DNA of 64,000 nucleotides from Vairimorpha necatrix (Eukaryota): NCBI GenBank assembly GCA_036630325.1, contig CP142735.1, positions 496,001 to 560,000 of the forward strand, read 5' to 3'. Shown piece by piece: positions 12,845 to 22,306 of this stretch (position 1 is its first letter; each line of letters starts with the position of its first letter). The notes under the pieces were generated by a model. It saw only the letters and a program-made list of their open reading frames with translations, ran no database searches and was not told where the DNA came from. The position numbers and the translations under genes were made by a program.

Positions 12845-13830
12845 GTTTGCTTAGAATATTATATTTTATTTTTTATATAAACTTAGATTTTTTATATAAA
12901 CTTAGATTTATTATGTTGGATTATATTTCTAATATTCGCTTAGATTTTTTTATATTAGCTTTGATTTTTCTATAAGCATAGATTTACTATGTTAGCTTAG
13001 ATTTATTATTTTAGACTAGATTTCTAATATTCGCTTAGATTTATAATGTTAGCTTAGATTTTTTCTATAAGCTTAGATTTATTATATTTTATTTTACATG
13101 TTAGCTTAGGTTTGTTATGTTAGCTTAGGTTTTTTTATGTTAGCTTAGAATTATTATTTTAATGATTTTTTCTATAGGCATAGATTTACTATGTTAGCTT
13201 AGATTTTCTTATGTTAGCTTAGATTTCTAATTTAGCTTAGAGTTATAATGTTAGCTTAGATTTATTATTTTAGACTAGATTTCCAATATTCGCCTAAATT
13301 TATAATGTTAGCTTAGGTTTTTTCTATAAGCTTAGATCTATTATATTTTATTTTACATGTAAGCTTAGGTTTATTTGTTATCTTAGATTTGTTATATTTT
13401 TTTTTACATATATACAAATTTTTTATATTTTTTTTTATTTTACATCTATGATTAGCTTTCTTTGATTTTTATAATAGCTTAGATTTTTTTATTTTATCTT
13501 ATAATTTTCTATAGTTTTTTTTACATATGTATATTTTTTATATTGGCTTAGATTTATTAGTTATCTTAGAATTTTTTTTTACAAATTTAATCTTTATTTA
13601 TAATATAAGCTTAGATTTTTTTTACAAAGATAAACTTTATTTATTATGTTATCTTAGATTTTTTTTACAAATTTAATCTTTATTTATAATATAAGCTTAG
13701 ATTTTTTTTTACAAATTTAATCTTTATTTATAATACAAGCTTAGATTTTTTTTAAATTTAATCTTTATTTATAATATAAGCTTAGATTTTTTTTACATAT
13801 ATATATGAATTTTATAAAATTTTTTTTTTA
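12845..13830. repeat. Degenerate tandem array with core (TGTTA)GCTTAGATTT, including about 49-bp higher-order units at 13570-13795
   Basis: Dozens of GCTTAGATTT/GCTTAGGTTT copies; repeated ACAAATTTAATCTTTATTTATAATATAAGCTTAGATTTT units. Confidence 0.9.
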
Positions 13831-13835
13831 CAAAT

Positions 13836-15911
13836 TTAATATTTCTTTTTATTTTTGATTCTCTCTATTTTCTTCTTCACCTCTTCATCTTCTTCTATTT
13901 GACTCTCATTAATTTCTTTCCTATTAAATGGGTCTATTCCATCATTAAGCATTATCATATTGTATGTACTCCTGTCTACTGTCACATTACTCGTCAGTAA
14001 TCTTATTGGATCTTTTATTAAGTTATAAGTCAGTGGATCATAAAATCCTTCTTCTTCTTCTTCTTGTTCTTTCTGGTTTTCTTTAAATTTCTCTATAAGT
14101 TCTTCTAGTTCACTGAGCTGTGAATTATTAAGAAGAAATTTGTTCCTACAAATTTCTTCTCCTCTTACAAACAAATTCAGATCAAAATACATTTCTTCAT
14201 TACAGACTTTTTTTATAAATTTCTGGTCTTTTATATTTAGATATATTAGTAAGATATTTCTTAAGAGATCTTTAGGCTTAAAATTCAGAGATTCTTTTGT
14301 TATGTCTTTAAATGTTTTTAAGATCAAGTCACTGCATTTTGGGCCGACTATTATCTTGAGATTACAGTTTAGTATCTTGACGAATATTTCTATTAATTCG
14401 TCTACTAAAAGTAGATCTTTATTTTTATTTATAATTTTCCCAAGGAGTCTAAAACAAGTGTCTACGAAGATGAAATATGTGTGGACTCTTTGTTTTTGTC
14501 TTTTTAAATCAAATAACAAGCTATTTATATCTTCAATGTCTCTACTATTTATATTTCCAATGTCTCTGCTATTTATATTTCCAATATTAATATCTTTTAG
14601 ATTTATTTTCTTGGTTATTTCGTTGATCTCTTTAATTCCTCCTAGTCCTCGACTTAGACAATATTCAAAATCACTCATCAGGTAATTCACTGCCTTAATA
14701 TTCTGTCTACATGTCTTAAGTACTGCATTATTCTCTACTAGTATTATATTTATTAAATATCTTATTTCTATCTTGTGTCCTTCTTTCTGGATCTTATTGT
14801 AATATTCTATGATCTTGTTCATTAGACTGAACTTGATAATATTCGGATTATTAGCGAGGATCCTTAAGATGTGGTGTTTTAGATCTTCATATTTAAAAAG
14901 GAATGAAATGACCGAGGCGTCAGGCGGGAAGAACTCAGAAATGTACAAATAAACAGAGCAGATTAATTTGAAATTCGGATTATCTTCATTTTGTACTGTG
15001 TGAATGTAGTCGCTTAGATATTCCCCGTATCTCTTCTCATTCACTATATTCTTCAATATCTTGTCTATTTCTTCTGTCTCTTCTTCTTCTATCCTCTTCA
15101 TTTTCCTCTCTTCTATCATCTTTATAAAACTAAGTTTAAACACCTCTGCTTTACTATAAAAGATGAAATTTGTAAAAGACTCCTCTTCTCTTGGTATCTT
15201 CATCTTTTTACTAATAATAGTCTCTAAGAACTTATTAATTAGTAAATTCAAGGAATATGCCTCCTGGTCTGTCATAAAATCTTCTTTTTTAAAAAGCGTC
15301 TTATTCCTCTCCTGATTATTCATAATTATGCATTTAATGCTAAAAATGAAGTGTCTCTTTAAGAGAGGATTCTGACATATTAGAGTCTTTATTATAGAAT
15401 AAATAATGTCTATAAAGTTCTCTTCTAAGACATACCAAGGATTTGACCAGATTGATTCGTCAGAGAATATTTCTAATATTTGAGGAAAAGATAATAAATT
15501 CTCTAAGAAATAGAAATATTTCTTAGAGCAAATATAAGAAAAGAAAGGAATATAAAAAGATAAAGGGAGATTTGGAAGAATATCAAGAGTATTAAAAGAT
15601 GATTCCTTTACTAAATATTCAAATGAATTATTATTAAAAGGGAGTTCTTCTATTTTTTTAAGTAAGAAATCTTTATGATTTTCTGAATAATCTTTACTAT
15701 AATTCTGGAATATTGTAAGAAGAGGATCTTCAGAGATCTCAATGAAATATAAAAAGAGAATTTCAGATTCTTCAAGATCCAAAGAAGATCCTCCATCGAA
15801 TTGTAAATCTAAAGATTTAAAGAAATCAACACGACTTAAATATATTTTAGACTGTGACATATTATTAGAATTTGTCATATTAGAATTTGTCGTGTTATTA
15901 AGATTTGTCAT
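13836..15911 (-). CDS. UFD2: Ubiquitin conjugation factor E4 (U-box protein)
   Basis: C-terminal U-box DPLTYNLIKDPIRL...VDRSTY...DPFNR; Ufd2 core motif LNCNLKIIVGPKCSDL...FKPKDLL. Confidence 0.92.
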   Translation of the reverse strand: MTNLNNTTNSNMTNSNNMSQSKIYLSRVDFFKSLDLQFDGGSSLDLEESEILFLYFIEISEDPLLTIFQNYSKDYSENHKDFLLKKIEELPFNNNSFEYLVKESSFNTLDILPNLPLSFYIPFFSYICSKKYFYFLENLLSFPQILEIFSDESIWSNPWYVLEENFIDIIYSIIKTLICQNPLLKRHFIFSIKCIIMNNQERNKTLFKKEDFMTDQEAYSLNLLINKFLETIISKKMKIPREEESFTNFIFYSKAEVFKLSFIKMIEERKMKRIEEEETEEIDKILKNIVNEKRYGEYLSDYIHTVQNEDNPNFKLICSVYLYISEFFPPDASVISFLFKYEDLKHHILRILANNPNIIKFSLMNKIIEYYNKIQKEGHKIEIRYLINIILVENNAVLKTCRQNIKAVNYLMSDFEYCLSRGLGGIKEINEITKKINLKDINIGNINSRDIGNINSRDIEDINSLLFDLKRQKQRVHTYFIFVDTCFRLLGKIINKNKDLLLVDELIEIFVKILNCNLKIIVGPKCSDLILKTFKDITKESLNFKPKDLLRNILLIYLNIKDQKFIKKVCNEEMYFDLNLFVRGEEICRNKFLLNNSQLSELEELIEKFKENQKEQEEEEEGFYDPLTYNLIKDPIRLLTSNVTVDRSTYNMIMLNDGIDPFNRKEINESQIEEDEEVKKKIERIKNKKKY

Positions 15912-16178
15912 ATTTTAAAGGGCAAAAAATAAAACTAAATTGTTTAAATTTCAAAAAAAATGTTTAAATTTCAAAAAAACTAAATTCAGCATAAATGGAG
16001 AAGAAAATTACAAAATTAATTTAGAATTTATTCTGACGATATTTTGGAACTGAGTTTTACAATAATATAGATTTCTATATTATCAAATCTAGAGATCATA
16101 TTTTTATGATACTAAGAGTTATACAAATTCAAAAACTTGCATTTTGTTTATTTTATATTTTGTTTTCTTTTTTTACTA

Positions 16179-16250
16179 TCCTTGTTAGTCCAGTGGTTAG
16201 GATATCGGTCTTTCACACCGGGGGCCCGGGTTCGATTCCCGGACGAGGAA
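16179..16250 (+). tRNA. tRNA-Glu (anticodon TTC)
   Basis: Acceptor TCCTTGT/ACGAGGA, D-loop AGTGGTTA, anticodon arm TCGGT-CTTTCAC-ACCGG, T-arm CCGGG-TTCGATT-CCCGG. Confidence 0.95.
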
Positions 16251-16294
16251 ATAAATTTTTAGAAAAATGAAGATATTTATAATATTCTGTATAC

Positions 16295-16410
16295 AGACAT
16301 CTTTCTGTCTATAGACTAAGAGGCTAAAGTCAGCTTAGACTATGCCATCTTTCTGTCTATAGACTATGCCATCTCTCTGTCTATAGACTAAGATATCGCC
16401 ATCTTTCTTT
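16295..16410. repeat. Short tandem repeat (GC)CATCTTTCTGTCTATAGACTA, 3-4 copies
   Basis: Direct repeats visible between the tRNA and the hydrolase gene. Confidence 0.8.
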
Positions 16411-16476
16411 AAAACTTTACAGCTTAGACAAAGAATAGTCTTTCTTTTTTTATCATTTCACCCCTCTTTTCGTTCT

Positions 16477-17229
16477 ATGTTCTTTATTAAGTCTTCTCTT
16501 CTCCCTTTCTTTTCTTTATTTTTCTTCTTCTTATTCTTCCACTCTCTTTTTCTTATCTTCGTCTTCCAGAGACATTTGGTCTTCAAGTGCTCTTCTTACA
16601 CTTCTATTCCCATACACTGTACTTATAAGAGTATAGATCTCTTCTATATTAATAATCACTCTAATACTGACATAATCTTCTGTCACGGGTCTATAATCTC
16701 CCAGAAGATCTTCAAGAGATTATTATATGAAATGTCTTCTTTTACTAATTGTAATGTACTAAGTTTCAATATAAAAGGCATATTTAATAATAGAGGTATA
16801 CCATCAGAGAGAGGTATAAAGAAGGAGTTAGATCATATTATAGACTATATTAGACAGACTAATACTAAGAAAGTCTTCTTTGGGCAGTCTCTGGGCTGCT
16901 CACTGGCGATTTATCTTAGTAAACTTATAGAAGGCCGAGTTATACTAGAGAATCCTTTTAGAAGTTACAAAGAAGTAGTAAGAAGAAGGAGAATATGGAG
17001 ACACATAGCATTTTTATTAGTAGATAAGTGGGAGAATAAGATGGATAAAGTAGAAGAGTGTCTCTTTCTACTGAGCAGTGAAGATAAGATAGTTAGAAAT
17101 GAAGATGGAGAATATTTAAGTAGACAGTGTAAGAAGAGTAAGATAAGATATTTAAAAGGATCTACACATTTTAATAGTGCGAAAAACAAGAACTACTACA
17201 AATTCATAAATGAATACATACAAGAATAA
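16477..17229 (+). CDS. Alpha/beta hydrolase, BEM46/ABHD13-like, N-terminal TM
   Basis: FCHG oxyanion region, PSERG, GQSLG nucleophile elbow, ILENPF, EDKIV and late His (STHF). Confidence 0.88.
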   Translation: MFFIKSSLLPFFSLFFFFLFFHSLFLIFVFQRHLVFKCSSYTSIPIHCTYKSIDLFYINNHSNTDIIFCHGSIISQKIFKRLLYEMSSFTNCNVLSFNIKGIFNNRGIPSERGIKKELDHIIDYIRQTNTKKVFFGQSLGCSLAIYLSKLIEGRVILENPFRSYKEVVRRRRIWRHIAFLLVDKWENKMDKVEECLFLLSSEDKIVRNEDGEYLSRQCKKSKIRYLKGSTHFNSAKNKNYYKFINEYIQE

Positions 17230-17239
17230 ACGAAATAAA

Positions 17240-17500
17240 ATAGATTTATAATATTTATAATATGTATAGATTGATATTATAATATTTAGATTTGATATTA
17301 TAATATTTAGATTATATCTATAAATTTGTTTTATAATATAAACAAATTATAAAACAAATCTATATATCAAATCTAAATATTATAAATCTAAATATTATAT
17401 ATCAAATAATAATCAAATCTAAATATTATAAATCTAAATATCAAATCTAAATATTATAAATCTAAATATTATAAATATAAATATTATATATCAAATAAAA
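17240..17500. repeat. AT-rich array of ATAATATTTAGATTT units that switches orientation (AAATCTAAATATTAT)
   Basis: Forward copies at about 17275-17315, reverse-complement copies at about 17368-17475. Confidence 0.8.
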
Positions 17501-17508
17501 TATCTTTT

Positions 17509-18603
17509 TTATAGAACATCCTTTAATAATTCATACATTATGTTCTGTACTCGCTCATCTCTAAACACCCCCGTCTTGTTACTAAACTCCTCTAAATCTA
17601 CACTTATCCACTTATTTATAAAATTTAAAGGATTAAAAGAGAAATCTTCTAAAATCCGGCGTCTTTTTTCTAAATTATTTTTAATCTCAAAAGTCGTGTC
17701 AATTCGTCTTTCTAAATTGTAAACATCTTTATGATGTACTTTAGGATGCTGAAATAAATCATCAACTTCCAAGATAATATCATAACATCCATCTTGAACT
17801 AATATCTCAATATTATCAAGAGGATATAAATGATCATCTACTAATTCAGGCAAATCTGTAAATTTAAAAGAGTCGACTTTGAAAATATTCCTTAATTCTT
17901 CAGTGCAAGTTACAAGGGAATCTTTGTCTAGTAAATTATTCTTAATGGCGTATTTGTAAAATAAGCCTAAGAGATTTGGTTTAGAACATGTGGAGACTTG
18001 GAGAAGAGAAGAAAGAGAAGGACTCAGTTTCATGATATCCCTGGAATTATTAAGAACGAGAACTAATTTAAAAAACTTTGCATTTTTTGAGCGGAATTCA
18101 AAGGACTCGACATCATCCCCTTGCATCATCCATTCACAAATATCATCAACATCGTTATTGTATTCATTAGAATTAAGATCATGTAATTCTTGGTATTCAA
18201 TTTTGTCTTGGTCTTCAATTTTCTCTTGATCTTTATTAGAACTGTCTCTTTGATCGTCTTGATCTTTATAAAGATCATCTTCAAATTTGAATTCGTCCTT
18301 AAATTTAAGATCATCTTCAATTTTGAATTCGTCTTCTTGATCTTTGAAAGATCTTATTAGATAAATTCGCTCTATTAAATCACTTAATTTCATCTCTCGA
18401 TTATTCTTAAAATCATTTAACACTCGGGAATCTAATCTGAAGAAAAATCCATCAGAATCAGAGTAGGAATTTATATAAAGACGGAGTGTCTTAGTACACT
18501 TAATTCTCTTACGATGCTCGGCCTCAATCTTAAGTCTCTTAAGAAGACACAAATCATTGATCTGATTCTCGACTTTCTTGAGATTTTCATAACGGGAAGT
18601 CAT
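17509..18603 (-). CDS. SWIB-domain chromatin remodelling subunit (Snf12/Swp73/BAF60-like); start probably MTSRY at 18603
   Basis: KTLRLYI motif; SWIB domain KLSPSLSSLL...YKYAIKNNL...CTEELRNIF...FTDLPELVDDHL; FSFNPLNFINKWI; CCCC precedes ATG 18603. Confidence 0.85.
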   Translation of the reverse strand: MTSRYENLKKVENQINDLCLLKRLKIEAEHRKRIKCTKTLRLYINSYSDSDGFFFRLDSRVLNDFKNNREMKLSDLIERIYLIRSFKDQEDEFKIEDDLKFKDEFKFEDDLYKDQDDQRDSSNKDQEKIEDQDKIEYQELHDLNSNEYNNDVDDICEWMMQGDDVESFEFRSKNAKFFKLVLVLNNSRDIMKLSPSLSSLLQVSTCSKPNLLGLFYKYAIKNNLLDKDSLVTCTEELRNIFKVDSFKFTDLPELVDDHLYPLDNIEILVQDGCYDIILEVDDLFQHPKVHHKDVYNLERRIDTTFEIKNNLEKRRRILEDFSFNPLNFINKWISVDLEEFSNKTGVFRDERVQNIMYELLKDVL

Positions 18604-18639
18604 GGGGAACGAAATAAAGAAAAACATGAAAACAATACT

Positions 18640-18730
18640 ACAATACTATATAAAACATTACTATATATAAAACATTACTATATCAAACATCATATATATA
18701 AAACATTACTATATAAAACATTACTATAAA
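18640..18730. repeat. TATAAAACATTACTA tandem repeats
   Basis: About five imperfect copies between the SWIB gene and PDB1. Confidence 0.75.
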
Positions 18731-18767
18731 TTTTATGAATAACTATCTGTATCAATTTTAATTGAAT

Positions 18768-19727
18768 TTATTGCATTATTTTGGTCACTGCATCTACTAC
18801 ATCTGAATACGTAGGATAAGACAAACACTCAAGATTCTCTGCATAAGGCGTAGGAATATCCTCTGCCAAAACTCTCACTATCTTCACTTCACTCATCCTC
18901 TCATAAATATTCACTGCTATTTCACTCGCTACACTAAAACACGGATACGAAAAATCAACTATAACTACCCTCTTAGTCTTCTCTGCTGACTTAATAATAC
19001 TCTCATAATCTATTGGTCTAATAGACACTAAATTAATAATCTCTATATCAATATCTCTCTCTTTTAATATCTTATCAGACTTAAAAACCTCTTTTAAACT
19101 TATTGATATACCTATAACAGATACATCTTTACCTACCTTCTCTATGACAGATTTGTCAAGGTCCTGTAAATAATCAAACGGAACTGTGTCATATTTATCT
19201 CTGTATAACATCTCATTCTCGAGAATAATAACAGGATTATTGTCTCTTATAGCACTTTTAAGAAGGCCTTTGTGATCTCTACCTGTATACGGGCATACTA
19301 CTTTGACCCCGGGAATAGCGCCATAATACTGAGCGAAATCTTGTGTGTGCTGTGCAGCATACCCGGAATTAAATCCATTTGGACCTCTGAAAACTATAGG
19401 ACAAGAAACTTGTCTACCTGACATATAAGAAGTTTTAGCACATGAATTAATTATATGATCAATGGATTGTAAAGCGAAATTCCATGTCATAAAATCAACA
19501 ACAGGGCGGAGGCCTAAGTAACTGGCGCCTACTGCGAGGCCAGTGAATCCCATCTCTGAGATGGGAGTATCACGGACTCGTCTCTCGCCGAATTTATTTA
19601 ATAAATTCTTAGTTAGGCCATGTGGGCCTCCAGAGAGGCCCACTTCTTCGCCTATGATGAAGATATCAGGATTAGTAGACATTTCTTCATCAAATGCCTG
19701 GTTTATTAATTCTCTTATTTCAAACAT
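18768..19727 (-). CDS. PDB1: Pyruvate dehydrogenase E1 beta subunit
   Basis: IGEEVG, RVRDTPISEMGFTGLAVGA, FMTWNFALQSIDHIINS, PIVFRGPNG, AAQHTQ. Confidence 0.97.
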   Translation of the reverse strand: MFEIRELINQAFDEEMSTNPDIFIIGEEVGLSGGPHGLTKNLLNKFGERRVRDTPISEMGFTGLAVGASYLGLRPVVDFMTWNFALQSIDHIINSCAKTSYMSGRQVSCPIVFRGPNGFNSGYAAQHTQDFAQYYGAIPGVKVVCPYTGRDHKGLLKSAIRDNNPVIILENEMLYRDKYDTVPFDYLQDLDKSVIEKVGKDVSVIGISISLKEVFKSDKILKERDIDIEIINLVSIRPIDYESIIKSAEKTKRVVIVDFSYPCFSVASEIAVNIYERMSEVKIVRVLAEDIPTPYAENLECLSYPTYSDVVDAVTKIMQ

Positions 19728-19976
19728 GTACAGTAAAAAAACATTTATTTTATAAATTAAAAAACCAATAAAAAGTTATATGTTATTGATTTATTGGAAT
19801 TTAGTGTGATTTATTAGTGCGATATAAGTTTCATATTAAAATGGTATGGTTGGTTGGTAATTTGTTACATGATTTTGAAATGACAAAAATTTTTGAATTA
19901 TTTAAAAAAAGATATTAATAATAATAGTAAGCAGTCAACCCACAATATAAAGTATAAAAATATTATTTTAACTATA

Positions 19977-22306
19977 TGTGGTATCCCGGGGAAGCTCTCC
20001 CGGTGATAAAGTACCACTCTAAAATAGAATTAATATATTGGCCTTTATTTTTAAACGTCTCTTTATACTCTCTCATAGCTGTCTTGTTACTATGTCTAAA
20101 CACTCCTTGTGTTTGTCTCTCCATCTTCCTTCTGTACCCTTCCTTTCTAGAATTTTATTTATAGTAAATAAAATTCTAGAAAATTCAATGATAGATTTGA
20201 CAGGGAGTGAAATAAAATAAATGTTGTAGAATTACAGTCTACAACATCCTGCCCCCTCTCAAAGCTTTAACTGTTTCCTGTGAAACCATCCTGATAATTT
20301 ATATACTTTATACCTTAATTTAGTTTTTTCCTTTAGATTCGCCCTGTATGGACTTATAAATTTTTTATTAAGTTTGTTTGTCGAGAAGTTCCTCGCATAG
20401 AATAGAACTTCGACCTTATTTTTCTGCTTACACATTTTTATCTTGGTCTTTTTCTTTCTTGGCCGATCTGATGCATTAAAAATTACCTTACCTTTATAAG
20501 GATCATAAAATCTTATTTTTGAAATCTTATCTCGATATTTTACTACAGGGTTAACCTGATCTTTTGTTTTATCTTTAATAATTTTACCAGTTTTACATTC
20601 TGTTACTACTTTCTTATTTTTATTCTTTTTAACCCAATTTTGTTTTCCAAATACTGTATTTCTTTCTTTCTTATGTTTATTCCTACCCAATTTCACATTA
20701 CTATCTTTCGTTTTGGCTGTATAATTATTTACTTTATTATGATCTTCATTTTCAATTTTTTCATCTTCCACTACGCATAGTCTTTCAATCATTATTTCGT
20801 CCAATGTTTTTTCCGCTACCTCTTCATACCCAATGATTTTGACAATCTTCTCGTTCACAATAACTACCTTATTTTTATAATCTAAAATGCAATTGTTGTT
20901 AAACAAGAAATCTCTGCCTAGAATCACATCATACATGCATCTATCAAAGACGTATGGTTCAATAGAGTAACTCTTGCTTACTCCTTCAAATTTAAAGTCT
21001 AATTCTGTTGACATATTAGTGGTAATTACTTCTCCATTGGCTATAACCGTTCTTATAGATTTGTTTTCTCTAAGCTTTAAATTTAATCTTTTAGCTAATC
21101 CTTCAGATATAAAGCTTCTGCTTGCTCCGCTGTCTAACAAAATGTCCACGTTACTTTCCTTAATATTCGCTCTAACAACCATTTCTCTAATGTTGTCTTT
21201 TTCTTCTTCCATGACATTCATTTCATTTCTTCTTGGTAAATCCCTATAGTTTTGATTTCCTTTTTCTTTATTCATGAAGCAATCAACAGAATTATGTCCG
21301 TTGTGCTTGTGGTATTTGCACCACTTCTTTTGTGTTGAAAAGTAATTATTTTTATGTGTTCGTTCAAATGTTTCGAACTTTTTTGAATCATTTCTTGGAT
21401 TATTTAAATTAAGTATTTCTTCTTCCATCGTTAACAATTTCTTCATATATTCCTCAAGGTTGTGAACATTGATATTATCAATTAATTTTCCTCTAGTGTT
21501 GTCACCTAGCCCATTCTTAAAGTACTCCCATAATTTTCTGTTATACTCGTCCTTGTTTATCTTATATGCAAGACTATAATATTTAACGTATTTATTAATG
21601 TACTCATAGTATTCCTTGATGGTTACAAAATCGATTTGTTTTGCATTAGTAAGTTTCTTAATCCATCCCTCAGCTTTCTTCACGCTGTATACATAACTGA
21701 AAATTCTTTCTTGTATTTTCATTAAATCTCCTTTAAATATTTTGTCGTCTAAGGACTTATCAGAAATCAAGTCTCTTAGTATGAGCTCATATTGCTCTGG
21801 ATTCCATTTGTTTCTCGTGGTAATCTTCTCAAATGTTTTGAACCACTCATACATATCAAATTTTTGAATATCTTCTATAATATTCAGTTCTTCTTCAATT
21901 TTAAATTCCGTTCCTGGAATAGTGTAACTTAATTTAATTTTCTTCTGGTTTACTTCACCATAATTAGTTTTATTATCATTCACTAGTAATTTTGTACTCG
22001 CACTTGGCACTCCTACACTCGCTCTTGAATTCAAGTTGTGGTATCCCGGGGAAGCTCTCCCGGTGATAAAGTACCACTCTAAAATAGAATTAATATATTG
22101 GCCTTTATTTTTAAACGTCTCTTTATACTCTCTCATAGCTGTCTTGTTACTATGTCTAAACACTCCTTGTGTTTGTCTCTCGTTCATCCTTCTGTACCCT
22201 TCCTTTCTAGAATTTTATTTATAGTAAATAAAATTCTAGAAAATTCAATGATAGATTTGACAGGGAGTGAAATAAAATAAATGTTGTAGAATTACAGTCT
22301 ACAACA
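19977..22306 (-). mobile_element. Non-autonomous Gag-protease LTR retrotransposon (element B), 2330 bp
   Basis: 270-bp LTRs 19977-20246 and 22037-22306 (3 differences), TG...CA; TSD CTATA (19972-19976, 22307-22311); PPT GAGAGGGGGCAGGA. Confidence 0.95.
20259..22187 (-). CDS. gag: Gag-aspartic protease protein of element B, with integrase-like C-terminal tail; ATG inside the 5' LTR
   Basis: Knuckle WCKYHKHNGHNSVDC; protease LLDSGASRSFI...ILGRDFL; tail KLNKKFISPY...WFHRKQLKL resembling GPY/F; no RT, RNase H or DDE motifs. Confidence 0.9.
   Translation of the reverse strand: MNERQTQGVFRHSNKTAMREYKETFKNKGQYINSILEWYFITGRASPGYHNLNSRASVGVPSASTKLLVNDNKTNYGEVNQKKIKLSYTIPGTEFKIEEELNIIEDIQKFDMYEWFKTFEKITTRNKWNPEQYELILRDLISDKSLDDKIFKGDLMKIQERIFSYVYSVKKAEGWIKKLTNAKQIDFVTIKEYYEYINKYVKYYSLAYKINKDEYNRKLWEYFKNGLGDNTRGKLIDNINVHNLEEYMKKLLTMEEEILNLNNPRNDSKKFETFERTHKNNYFSTQKKWCKYHKHNGHNSVDCFMNKEKGNQNYRDLPRRNEMNVMEEEKDNIREMVVRANIKESNVDILLDSGASRSFISEGLAKRLNLKLRENKSIRTVIANGEVITTNMSTELDFKFEGVSKSYSIEPYVFDRCMYDVILGRDFLFNNNCILDYKNKVVIVNEKIVKIIGYEEVAEKTLDEIMIERLCVVEDEKIENEDHNKVNNYTAKTKDSNVKLGRNKHKKERNTVFGKQNWVKKNKNKKVVTECKTGKIIKDKTKDQVNPVVKYRDKISKIRFYDPYKGKVIFNASDRPRKKKTKIKMCKQKNKVEVLFYARNFSTNKLNKKFISPYRANLKEKTKLRYKVYKLSGWFHRKQLKL

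Noticed and set aside
18604-18627. Longer N-terminus MFFFISFP for the SWIB protein
   Set aside because: The CCCC motif directly precedes the ATG at 18603, the more likely start
18768-19727. PDH E1 beta without a long mitochondrial presequence
   Set aside because: Already known for microsporidia; not novel
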